Below the pieces are notes generated by a model that searched no databases, was not told where the DNA came from, and was given only the letters and a program-made list of their open reading frames with translations. Of a stretch of 64,000 nt of DNA, positions 37,346 through 48,866 are shown in pieces. Within the stretch, counting starts at the first letter, position 1; every line of letters begins with the position of its first letter. Source of the DNA: Macrostomum lignano (taxonomy: Eukaryota); contig NIVC01002635.1 of the NCBI GenBank assembly GCA_002269645.1, positions 1-64,000 of the forward strand. Reading direction: 5' to 3'. The position numbers and the translations under genes are program-made.

Positions 37346-38755
37346 CGAGAGAGGAGAGGAGAGAAGTGAATAGAGGAGAGAGGAGAGGACAAGAGAGAAT
37401 ATGAGAAGAGAGCTGAGAGCTGAGAGCTGAGAAGACACAAACATAGTGGGCTGGATTGCTATTGTGAAGATTCAAAGGACCCAAGGGCCCGATAGGTTTG
37501 TGGGCCACATGTGGCCGACGTGAGAGTTTGCCGACCCCTATTTTAGGATTTAGCTTTTTTACTTTGGCGTCACTGATCGAAATTCCGAGTATGCCGGAAT
37601 CCAAAGACTCAAACCGCTGCTGGCGCTGCAACTAGCTCGTAAAATCGCTAAAATTCCGTCAGATAAAACAATAGTAGAGACAGCGCCAAGAGGAACTGAA
37701 GGAGCCAGCCAAGAGATCCAGAAAATTACTGAATTTTGCAATTTTCATTCATTTCAGATATTCACTAAATAAATTAATTGATAGTGCAGTACAGTTGCGC
37801 AATGCTTTAATTAGTTGAATATTCGAGCATTTTTAGACTTTTGGCTACTTTCAACACAATTGATATGATATGATTGAATATTGCTCTGGTTGTAACAATT
37901 AATGTCACAAAATGACATAACAGCAGGAGTTAGGGTGCCCTCGATTAAAAAAAAATGTGCAATATGCCCTCCAACCAATAGCCCCCCCCCCACTTTGAAA
38001 TATGTTCCGACACCGCTGGTTCAAATGCCGTTCTCAGGGCTTTGACTTACCCAGTTGACTAAGCAAAATAAGTAACATTACATAAAACTGCCGACTAGTG
38101 TGTCAGTAAGTAATTTAGTAACTTTTTTGTAGGACCGTGCAACGTTATGGAACTAACTGTACGTAGTCACTCTCCATAGATAGCTTTTAAATTTCTACAG
38201 GGCTTAGGCTTAGGCTTAGGCTTAGGCTTGACTTAGGAAAAGATGCGATCACATAAAATCGGCAACTAATGTGTTTCTTGTTTTTTTACCAATTAACATA
38301 ATTGAACACGTATAAACTCACTTTTCTGCTATGAACATCACTTTTTGATGAACAGTGTAGGAATAAAACTTTTCCTAGTTGCAGTAGCTTTCAAAATTAC
38401 TGCTGCTAGTACAAGCTAGCATAGTTGCATAAGTTTACTTGCTATGCCGGTATTCTGCAAGGTAATGATAGCAAAGTTTACATAACTGCTCAAAATAACG
38501 AACAAGCGAAAATCCTGGGGATTTTCAGGAAGATTTGAAACGAATAGAAAGTATATATATATATTATACATATTAAACATATAGTAATAAAAAATATTAC
38601 CATATACATTCATCAAGTTAAAACTACAATAAGTACAGAGAGAATCAAGGAAAATACGAAGATAGGCATGTAACAACATTAAGCAAACATTAGCAGAATG
38701 CAAAACAAGCCAAAGAGGCAAAAAATCAAAAGCAAAAAGGCAAAAGCAATGCATC

Positions 38756-38999
38756 CTAGTAGTCCCTGGCGTTCTTGATTGCCTCTTGAAATTGGCAAGT
38801 CCAACGGAGAAGCATCACTGGCGCCAGGCGGATCGCTTGCTTCTTCGAGATCGGCCCAAAGTTGCTCCCGTTGACTATCTTCTCCCTGTAAGCTGTCGGG
38901 CTAGGGTAGATCGGGCTTTGGCTTGTAGCTCGTAGGACCGCGGTAGAGTACAAAATTTCGAATCTTTTTTTTGATGATCCGCCTAACTGAACGTTCCAT
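38756..38999 (-). pseudogene. Unrecognised ~78-aa family, copy 4
   Basis: MERSVRRIIKKKIRNFVLYRGPT [7-nt duplication] SQSPIYPSPTAYREKIVNGSNFGPISKKQAIRLAPVMLLRWTCQFQEAIKNARDY*. Confidence 0.65.
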
Positions 39000-39187
39000 T
39001 GCTGATGAGCAGAAAATTCGTTAAAAGGAGAATAACTGGTAAAGGCACACAGCAGTCAGTGCATTTGACAGCTATCGACTCAATAAACTGGAATTTATAA
39101 CCACAAGTTTCTTCGAGGGTTGACTTTCCCGAAATATGCTTTCTTCTAATTGGTTGATAATTTAGGAGGTATGTAAGAAATTTAGTT

Positions 39188-40131
39188 TGTAGTGACCTTC
39201 GCGAAAGTTCGATGCATTTGAATCATTTAATTTCTAGAAATTTCCCCGTAGAGTACAAATTAAATTCTCGAAATTTCTCTCACAGTAACTAATTTCAATA
39301 CTCGCATTTATAAATATTCAATGTATAATTTATTACAGTAAAGCAGTACTACAATTAATGCAAATCTAATAGGAATCAATAATTAATATTTGTTTTGTTA
39401 TAATGCTTAGAATTTTCTAGAAGTTTCCGGCGATGCTCCTGATGGCTATAAATATACAGCAGCTCAGCTGGAATCATTTCACGTATCTTCTTCTAGATTC
39501 CAGTAACATTATTCTATAAACCCATTAACCAGTTGAACCACCGCCTTGCTCTCGTCTCATTACTGATAAACCGCTACAACTGGTCCGGCGAGGCGCCGAA
39601 GCCCCGTCAGGGGCAGGACAACAAACCAACATGTAAAAATATCGCCTGAACTTTCGCCCGTCATCATCACCGTCAGCACATCGCATGTACCCACTACAAC
39701 TTCCTTAGGTCGGTGGTTCAAATCCGCCTCGCCGGACCAGTTGTAAGGGTTTAAAGTAAATAAAAGGAAAGGAAAAGAGCTAGGCGGTGGTTCTTATTAT
39801 ATTTGTTTAAAAGACAGCGGAGTAAGAAGTAAGGAAGTAAAAATTATCCGCTGTGGGCACCGTATATTTATAGCCATCAGGAGCATCGCCGGAAACTTCT
39901 AGAATATTCTAAGCATTATAACAAAACAAATATTAATTATTAATTCCTATTAGATTTGCATTAATTGTAGTACTGCTTTACTGTAATAAATTATACATTG
40001 AATATTTATAAATGCGAGTATTGAAATTAGTTACTGTGAGAGAAATTTCGAGAATTTAATTTGTACTCTACGGGGAAATTTCTAGAAATTAAATGATTCA
40101 AATGCATCGAACTTTCGCGAAGGTCACTACA
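39188..40131. mobile_element. Inverted pair of LTR-like units (39188-39578 and 40131-39742), each followed by a tRNA primer-binding site; 4-bp TSD
   Basis: Both units read TGTAG...TACA, then AC, then TGGTCCGGCGAGGCG; 270-bp near-perfect inverted arms; TATAAATA in each; AGTT at 39184-39187 and 40132-40135. Confidence 0.85.
39702..39739 (+). other. Copy of mature tRNA nt 39-76 including CCA (probably tRNA-Tyr); not a tRNA gene
   Basis: TCCTT-AGGTC-GGTGG-TTCAAAT-CCGCC-TCGCCGG-A-CCA maps onto anticodon 3' strand, variable loop, T-arm, acceptor strand, A73 and CCA. G72 and A73 fit eukaryotic tRNA-Tyr. Confidence 0.85.
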
Positions 40132-41379
40132 AGTTAGCGTTTGTCGGGTAGCAGCAAGATTTAACCCATTTCGAATAAGTTATAGAATAAGCTGCTGCAT
40201 TGCTGTGTCACAGTTGTGTTCAAAACATTCTGTCTATTCAAATTTTACTTCTGAATGCACCGTAGCAACATAGCAACGACGCTGGCCAATAATGCAGTCA
40301 ACTGCATGGTCTATTCAACGCCTCAGTTGCGTGATGCACGTGATGCAATAACAGGAATAGGCTAAGCAGAAGTTCGGCAGTTCGAGTCCGCATTGAAGCA
40401 GCAAATTTATCTTTGTGACCTGTAACAAAAATCATTGTCATGCAGATGTTAAATATTTAAATTTAAAGAGGGTATTAGTAATCTGGGTGAGCAGTGAGCC
40501 GTACAATGCTGAGCAAATTTCTAGATTGATGAAAGGATCATTGCAGTTTGCTGAGGATACTGAGGGGCCAGCCGAGAGGAGAACTGCAGACTGCTGAGGG
40601 GATAAATGAGAATTATTAAGGAAACACTTGCTGACTGTAGATGAATTGACTGCAGACTGCTGAGAGGGAATTGCAGATTGTCAAAGGGATCGTTCATGAT
40701 TTAAAACCTTCAAGACTTAAAAGCGTACAGTTGCAAACTATAGAGGGACTAATGATGTACAGAGTTTTGAGTGTATTGTTGAGGGGATTACTGCGGACTG
40801 TTAAGTGAATTATTGTAGTTAGCTGAGAATACAATTTTCTAGGCCACTGAGGGATAATTGTTTAGTCTGCAGGCTGCTAAGAGTATGACTGCAGTTTGTT
40901 TGCAGGATTAGAAGAGATAGTTTATTTCAGGTTGTTGTGGGGATAACTGCCTATTTCTTGGGGAGGGGTTAACTTCAAACTGCTGAAGTTACTAAACTTC
41001 TTGAATAGTATTTAGATGCTTTTAGTAGAAGGTCGGTAGTTCGAGCATGAGATTGTATTGGTAATCTGGGAGAGGAGTGCTGATCTGACGCATACAATAA
41101 AGTGCTAAATATGTAAGAGGATTGCAAATCAAATTTAAACTGCAAGTTGCAAACATTTCAAATGGTTTGATTATTGAAAAGCATATGGAGATTAGTGGCC
41201 ATCTGCTCACTGATTGTACAAAACAGTGCTGTTAAACCATTGCTAAACTGCTGGTGATAAATTGCAATGAAAGGGATCCCCGTTAGCTTTGACATCCCAA
41301 CAAAGCTCAACAAAGGTAATAGCGAAAAAAGAATCACCATGTCAACCATAAAAGAAGTGCTCTGTCGAACATAAAATAC

Positions 41380-42770
41380 TCATTGGGAATTGCTAAGATG
41401 TCAAGGCTCATGATAGACATTCTAAGATATCGTGTCAAGGTTCAAATTGCTTTGATGTTAAGGTTCATTTAGGAAATTGTTGAGATATCAAAGCTCACTA
41501 AAAATTCTTTGCTGTCAAGGCTCATGAAAATAATTACTGGAATGCTTTGGCTGTTTGGGGAATTGCCTAAATTGTTAGGGTAAGAGTAAGATGTAAACCA
41601 TAAATGAATTTGGCTTTCAAACATAAAATACTCATTGGGTAATTACTAAGAGGTCAAGGCTCATGGGGGATCTGAATTATACTGTGGCTCAATGCTCAGG
41701 GTGAATTGTTGTGATTGCAACACATTGGTATTTTGCAAAATTTTGTCGCTAAAAAGGGGTTGCTGAAATATCATGGCTCATTGGGGAATCGCTGGGATGT
41801 CAAAACTAACGGGGATCCCTATAATGCTGTAGGCTGTGACTCTTGGCCGTCTTGGGTTATTGCAGAGCTTCTTAGGTTCACAGGGAAATGGCTGAGATTT
41901 CAAAGGCTCCTAAAGGAATAGCTTAATTCACGAAATGTCAATGTTCTTTGGGTAATTGTTAAAATGCTGTGGTTCATGGTGAGAATTGCTGAAATGCTGT
42001 CAGTGACTTAGGAGGGTTAGGGTTCAATCATAAGACATCATAAGTGCCAAAATGCCAAGATAACATAGGTTAGTGCCGAGGTTAGTCGTTAAATTTCCAG
42101 GCTCATGTAGAAATTGCTAACATTTCAAAAGCTCATTGGGAAATTTCTGAAATTCGGCTGTAGGTTAAGGCTTGTGGTTTTAGTTCAATTATAGTTATAG
42201 AGCGATGATTTTCGTGTCAATCATAAATGATTCATAGGGGAATTGCTAAGATTAAACGCTCTTGGGGCAAATTATACTTAAATGCTTTGGCTCTACTGGG
42301 AGTCGCCGACAGGTCAAGGCTTTCGGTGAAATTTAGATTACGAAGCTTATGAGGACGTTACTTTAGTGCCGAGGCTCAAGGCTCATGCTGGAACTTGCTA
42401 ACATGCCAAGACTCAGTTATGGGTTAGGGTTGGGGGCTTAGGTGAGCTTTGTTTCAATCATAGATTAACCGCTGTCAACTATCAATTAAAGACTTGCTAA
42501 GATATCAAAGCTCGTGGGGAATCGCTGAGTTAACAAGGCCCATAAAAAATTTGAGTTATCGAGGCTCATAAGGGTATTGCTGAATTTTTGGGAGAGGGGA
42601 GTTGGATTGTTAGAACTTCAAGGCTTACAGCGCTGGTAGAATTGCGAAGATTTCGAGGCTCGAGATCAATTGCTGCGATGTCAAGGCATACTGGCGGAAT
42701 TGCTGAGATATTTCAAGGCTCATGAACGATAGCTGAATTGTTGGGGAGGGGGGTGTTAGGTTATTGGGCG
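41380..42770. repeat. Degenerate interspersed minisatellite (GGAATTGCTAAGATGTCAAGGCTCATG-like)
   Basis: The motif recurs many times with variable spacing; a similar tract lies at about 2540-2680. Confidence 0.6.
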
Positions 42771-44060
42771 ATTGCCAGATAGTCAGGTAGTACGAGCGTA
42801 CGTCTGAAGTAGCGCATGCAATTCAGATAATGAAATAGTACACACAAGTGATGCTGATTTCTGCTAATAGGAAATACCAGCGCATTTATTAAAGATTTGA
42901 TTATCTGCTATAGGCTAATAAAGAGAGAGGGTCTAAAGCCGTCAGGGATTTGCATATTGAGCTCCTGCTGCGGGCCAGAATATGCCCCGGCCAGTGACGA
43001 TGTGCACCAACAGTTTGTGCTTGAAAGGATAAGCTCTATTTGCTGATTGAGAAATGGTTTTGGGCTGAGTGGGAACCTTTTTGGACTGATGAAGATTTTG
43101 ATTCATGGTAATCATGGCAATTTGGTGTCATTTTGAAGGCCCCCAGCGGGGGCTAAATGGCTAGTCTTATACTAATATGCTTGCTCATTTTTGAATCTTA
43201 AGCGCTGAAATATATTCGCTTTGATGGCTTTGCCGATAGAGTTTATTTGTTGTTCCGGTCACCACACCAGGCTCGTATTAATCGAATCATTTTGCTGACC
43301 CCTTGAAGAAGGTGAGCTTTTCAACCCTGTGAGCAAGTCATGAATTTTTAAGTCAGATTTGTTAATAAAATTTGTTAATATTGTCTGATTTTTTCGGCAA
43401 TATCCAACCCATGACTTACATACAACCGCCTCTAACAATCCTTTAATTTCGATGCATGCGGGCAGTGTACTCATCAAGATTGTAAACTTTATCCTCCTCA
43501 CCATTTATATTAGCCTAAAAAATATTTTTTCTCAATGTGCGGTGCTGTGGACTGCCCTAAAGCCGGCCTCGAACTTCAAACCGCCCCTCTATCATCAGAA
43601 TATTGTAGGAATTCCTGCTCGGAAAATTGCAGCAACAACAGTACATACGTACTACGAGCCATACTAGCGTTTAGAGAGTTGTCACTCTCCAATATTGGTT
43701 AAACTTTCCTGTAACAATGTATTGAAATAACATTGTTTAAAATCGCTGTTATCTCTAAGTTAAGCTAAGGCAGTAGCTAAACAGCAAAAAATATGCTGCG
43801 ATATAAGTATATTTTATAATGAAATGATAAATTAAATAATTAAATCGAAAATAATTAATGAAATAATAAGCAAACGAGGAAATACATCATATATGAGACA
43901 TTAATCCATTATATATTATACATTATACATTATATATACATCATACATTATATACGTTACAACATTTTATCAATTTTTGACGAGTACGCAATACGCTGCG
44001 AAATTAGCATGAGCAATGTTTAGCAATGAGCAAAGGTCAGCAACAGTCAACAGTCAACAG

Positions 44061-44423
44061 TCAATATGTACATGCCTCACCTGTCTCTCGATCATTTGGT
44101 CCGTAATCAAAAAGCAGTTCTTCGCCCTTATCCACCACGCGATTTGTAATAAAATAAAGTGCGGGCGGCGCAAGCTTAAAAATGTACCAAGTGTCGAGAC
44201 CACACTGTTGGTAGTGCTCAACACGCTGGTAAATGGTCTTTCGCGACTAGGTTAGCCCGCCAGCATATTCACACACGAATTCATACCGTCGTAGAGATCG
44301 GGAGGCGAACGCCCCCTTCCCCTTATTTCCGGCATCAGCGACGACAACGGCCCTATCGTCACTGGCTATTATAAGGGATATTATATCCGCCTCCGGATTC
44401 CACCGTCTCTTCCTTTTGCGCAT
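44061..44423 (-). pseudogene. SET-domain pseudogene copy 2 with internal deletion
   Basis: GNKGKGAFASRSLRRYEFVCEYAGGLT*SRK...DTWYIFKLAPPALYFITNRVVDKGEELLFDYGPNDRE; lacks the RFLNHS segment present in copy 1. Confidence 0.85.
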
Positions 44424-45612
44424 CATAAACGGCGATCTGGCAATGCCAAGCTTCAGCGCCAAGAGCGACGAGAGCGCTTGAAAAAATATTTGGGCAGAAA
44501 ATTTTATATTTTGAAACTTGACTGCTCAATATTTTTTAATGAGAATTCTTTAATGATTTTCAGACAGACAGACCAGAGAGACCAGAGAGACCAGAGAGAC
44601 CAGACAGACCAGACAGACCAGACAGACCAGACAGACTAGACAGACTAGACAGATCGAAGTGTGGTTATACTCTCGAGTGCTTATACAGTGGTTATACAGT
44701 ATAAGTAGAGGTACCGTTTAGTACGAGCTATATGCTCTCCCGGCGTTATGACGCTCTGGCAAGAACTCGCTGCAGCCCAACAAGCTCCCCAGAAATTAGT
44801 GAACTTAAGCAGGCGGCTTACCAGTGGCCAAAACGAGCAAACCAGAGAAATAGAGATGGGCCGCGCCGGCCAGCCAATCAAAACCCTGCCTAGGGGGAGG
44901 GGGCAGCACCCGCGCCAAAACCGGCCCGGCCGCAGCCAACCAGCCCTGAGCACGGACAGGGGGCACGGCTGGAGAGGGGCACCCGCAAAGTTCGGCCGCC
45001 GACTAGACCCTGCCACGCCCGCCAAACCCTAGCCAGCCCCAAAGTGCATCGCGCATTGCAAACCGACAAGGGCGCATACACTACAGAAGCTTTTCGGGGT
45101 TCGAAAGCTAGTGTTGTCATGAATTTTGGCTAACGTCTTGACGACAAGATTGCTAAGGGACTCAGATATGGAGGGAGGGGGCCCGCTATCGTCAATCTCT
45201 CCACCTTCCGCTGTGGTTGCACTCACTATGCTCTTATCTTTTGTGTCACCTCAACCTTCCCGGTCTCACTATAATTAGATAGATGGAAGATATATAAATG
45301 AAGCGAAAAGAAACCACATACAGTACAAGCACAATCACAATTTCTTTATTTAAGAAATTACCCGAATCGGGTCTTTGTGAGGTTATACGCTGGTATAATT
45401 GAAAAATGAAACGGCAAGCAAAATAAAATAAGAAATTAGAATTACATGCATACCATAATAACCTAACATAACAATAACATATACTCGTATTAAAACGAAA
45501 TGTGACGGAATACTGGTACAACGCAAAAAGGGGTTAATTCAATGCTGCAGAATACTGGTACAACGCATGGCCAAAGTCAAATGAATGTTTTATGCTCACT
45601 AAACGAAAATAA

Positions 45613-45835
45613 GCTAAGTTTTCTTTCTCAGCCTCGACCGGTGGGACTTCCACCGATTGATATACATTGTCATATCGTCCTCCACTTCTTTTCGGTTGAT
45701 TAAACGCAGGGACTGGTGTGGTTCCACGTTGTACAAAAAGGCTCGTTTGCTTGGTGGAATCGGGACATTGCTAGATAGTCTATTTAATTACAGCAGCTAA
45801 TCAATAACGGCGATGATTTTATTGATTTGATTGGC
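45613..45835 (-). pseudogene. Possible remote member of the ~78-aa family
   Basis: NQINKII...NVPIPPSKRAFLYNVEPHQSLRLINRKEVEDDMTMYINRWKSH aligns without gaps from PIxPSxxAF/Y to RW (38 residues); two stops upstream. Confidence 0.4.
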
Positions 45836-46043
45836 GAAGACCCATTAGGATTTTTCATCCTTTGTTGGGATTCAGCGCGCTTTTCCGCCGTTGTCAAAGC
45901 TCGGGAGTATGAATCCGATGCTGCTTTTACAGAACAGAACAGGCAGTACAGAAAAATTTTACATTGAATGAACTAGTGAACGTGAAAAAAATTCCCAACA
46001 AGCTTATATTCCCGCAAAATTAAAATGCTTGTTTAATTAATGA

Positions 46044-47099
46044 TTAGTTTAATATTTGTCTTAAATCAGTTCCCCTGGTCAGCTTCCGGGTCGGGTCGTC
46101 TGGCTCCTTTTCGGCACGTTGGTCGTTAGCTCGCCTGGCTTTCATCAGTTCACTGCGCAACCGCCGAAACGCCAACTGCAGTCGCGAATGAGGGACGTGG
46201 GCCTTCACAATCCGAACAAGAAATGACTGTACCACGTCCAGGGTCTTCTCCGCTACGCAGTCCCTTGACCGGCCTGTCAATGACTTTGTACACAGGTCCT
46301 CCTCGCTGAAAACAGCACGGAGAAGCGCTCTGAGTACAAGCATCTGGGTATGCTCGCTTTCCGCTCCCCGTGTGTTTCCACTGCGGACATAAGCGTTGAG
46401 TAGCTGCAGGCCTTGATCTGTAGTACTCTTGGAAGGGGTTGAATTTTGGGCTGCAGAGAGACTCCAGCGCCGTCACTGTGCCACTGTGTCAGTGTTCCGA
46501 CTGCGACAGCTTTTATCGCATCAGCGAATTGGCAGATGCTGCCGAACTGCCGCATCACTCCGTCGTTCGCACGGGCACGGTCCTGCTGGGCCTGAGCAAG
46601 AGGTGGTATTTGATGGTGAGGTGTGGCTCTAAGAATTGGAAGGAATATTTAGTTTCATTTTTAGTGCCTCAGAAGAAGGGCCGTACCTCACCTCAATTAG
46701 TGCCGCCTGCATTTTGTCCAGATCGCGCTCCATGCTCCCAACCTTGAGGAGCAGCTCTGCATTTTCTTTGGCCAACCGGTCAAACATCAGATCTTGGGCT
46801 GCCAGATCTGTCTGCAGCTGACCCACAGTCAGCTGGAGAGCCTGGTTGCAGTTTCCTGCAACTTTACGTCCCGCACGGCGCACTGCGAGCATGTGCGTGG
46901 CGCTACAGGAGAATTTAGGGGGGGGTGTTTTAAACATTCTCTCCCTGGCTGTGGCTTCCCGTTCGTCAGCTGGACCCCAGAATAAAATTGTAGGATACCG
47001 CCAGCTGTTAGCGGGCGGCTTCCTTGCCCAGAATACGGATACTTCGTCCCATCTGTGATGCCTGTTAGTTGGTGGTGGTTCACAAAAAAACAGTGCCAT
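46044..47099 (-). pseudogene. Coiled-coil plus BEN-domain-like protein gene, disrupted
   Basis: C-terminal LRALLRAVFSEEDLCTKSLTG...LD...FLVRIV resembles the BEN consensus; N-terminal heptad segment LQLTVGQLQ...MERDLDKMQ. Confidence 0.6.
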
Positions 47100-47299
47100 T
47101 CATTACACGAAAGCTTCCTGCTTCTTTAAGTTTAAACTGTACCACCCGCCAGGACGACCCACCTAATGCGACGGCAAACGCAGCGAATGGGGTGGCAGCG
47201 GAGCCGGTGGCCGCACCGGTGGCCGCGCCGGTGGCTGTGGAGGCGGTTGGCAGTCGCTTCAGCCGGTGCAACCGGGCATCGGCTCGGTTGTTCACCCGT

Positions 47300-48866
47300 G
47301 GCTGAGCAGCGGCCGCACAGAAAAATTGAAGACAGTGGGCATTTGGAGCATCATCGTACCTCCGCCGGGCTGGTACATAAAGCAAAGCTCCTAGCGTCTT
47401 CAGCAGCTCGCTTCGGGAGGCTGCCCAACTTATCGGCTGTGCGGCGGCGAGTCTGGCGACCCGATGATATTTCGCTGAAAAGATTGTTACGGTAGCTACC
47501 TTGAATTTCAGAAGTTGAATGCAACTGTCAGAGTAAGAGGGTCCGTTCTGCAAATTCCATATGGGTTCTAATACATTTGAAGGGGTTGACTGAATTTTGG
47601 GAAAAGTGTTTAGCCTGATAGCAAGTAAACAAGTAAACAATTTGTGCGATTAAATGGCAGCATTCAGCCACGAACCTGCCCTCGAGTCCGGCTTGTTTGA
47701 GCCAAGCAGCTGCGTGAGCGTCCACTTGACGGGGCCCTCGCACAACTGATGCAAATAGCACGGTGGGGTTGCTGTAAAAGTGTGGGTCTTTTACTGTGAG
47801 CTTAGCAGCCCAACTTAAACAATAGCCCCAATGTACCCAATGAGCCTCAGAGGGGACAACGCCTTAAGGCCGAGGTTACCATCTCGCAACTCGACGCCTA
47901 CGCGCGCAAGGTGTACAGTGTCACGCAGACACCGCACCTGAGGCTGCTGAAAGCCACGCTTTGTAGCTAGGGCGACATCAGCTACTGCCACGTCCCGTGG
48001 GTAGAAGCGCGTCTTTCCTTCATCAACGAGAGCAGTACGGATGTAAAATTTAGCACACCCGTGGACAGCGTTAAAGCGCTTAACGCCAATTGTCTCAGCC
48101 CGCTGTGGCGCGTCCATCACGAACAGCAGTGGATCAAAACGGATAACACCGGCCTGAGTCGCATCAGGGCCGCACCCTCTTCTGCATGCAACTCCATCCA
48201 GGCTCAGCACCAGTAGCCGCAGGTCACCACGCTGTTGGCTTTCAGGCGGTCCGGTAGCTCCACCACGGACAGGTACACAGGACAGATTTCCATGACGGAA
48301 TGGCGGAACGCCTGTTGCAAATAAAATGAAGCGTTGAATTGTTCGACTGTAATTAATTTGTCAGAGCGTTTAACCATCCAGATCACGGGAGAAAACTGCA
48401 ACTAAGAAAGTCTCCTTACTTACCGGAAATCCGTCAAAGCAAACAACGTAACTCCGGTCCTGTCGGGAGTCCAGAGAAATGGAAGTCTTAAATTTGCAGT
48501 ACCCTTCAGAAGAGCCAAGTCCAAGAAAACCAGGCTTGCACTTCTGGTCTGCAGGGAATATGACTTTCTGGAGCAATCCTTCCGCCTCTATCTGCAACTG
48601 AAGCTGCTTACGTACGTCCATCTGCCAGTACGTGCAGATCTTGTCCGGCGTCAGTGCAGCTGTGCAGTTGTCACAGACAGTGTCAGCTGTATCCACTCGA
48701 GCGAGGCACTTCAGGCAGAAATTGGTGCATTTGGGTTTCCGTCGACGCAGCCCTAAGGCCTGGCGCAAAAGATGCTTCGACGTGGGAATGCACCCACTAG
48801 CAGGCAGAGTCTCGTCGATCAAAATCAGGACAGCACGGACGACGCTACCATTTTAAACGTACCTGG
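47300..48866 (-). pseudogene. CACTA/EnSpm (CMC)-like transposase core, decayed, with intron
   Basis: LPASGCIPTSKHLL...FCLKC...CDNC, then CFDGFP|AFRHSVMEICPVYLSVVELP...CGYW (spliced), then MDAPQRA...KRFNAVHGC and GLKALSPL. Upstream parts continue at 50041-50139, 57351-57384, 59551-59595 and 60991-61200. Confidence 0.7.

Noticed and set aside
37440-37790. Coding-looking stretch (VTDRNSEYAGIQRLKPLLALQLARKIAKIP)
   Set aside because: No start, splice support, second copy or recognisable motif; cannot be supported from the sequence alone.
39702-39739. Functional tRNA gene
   Set aside because: No 5' half, D-arm or anticodon; the encoded CCA points to a reverse-transcribed primer copy.
40370-40395. 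B-box-like GTTCGAGTCC (tRNA or SINE)
   Set aside because: No A-box, cloverleaf or tail nearby.
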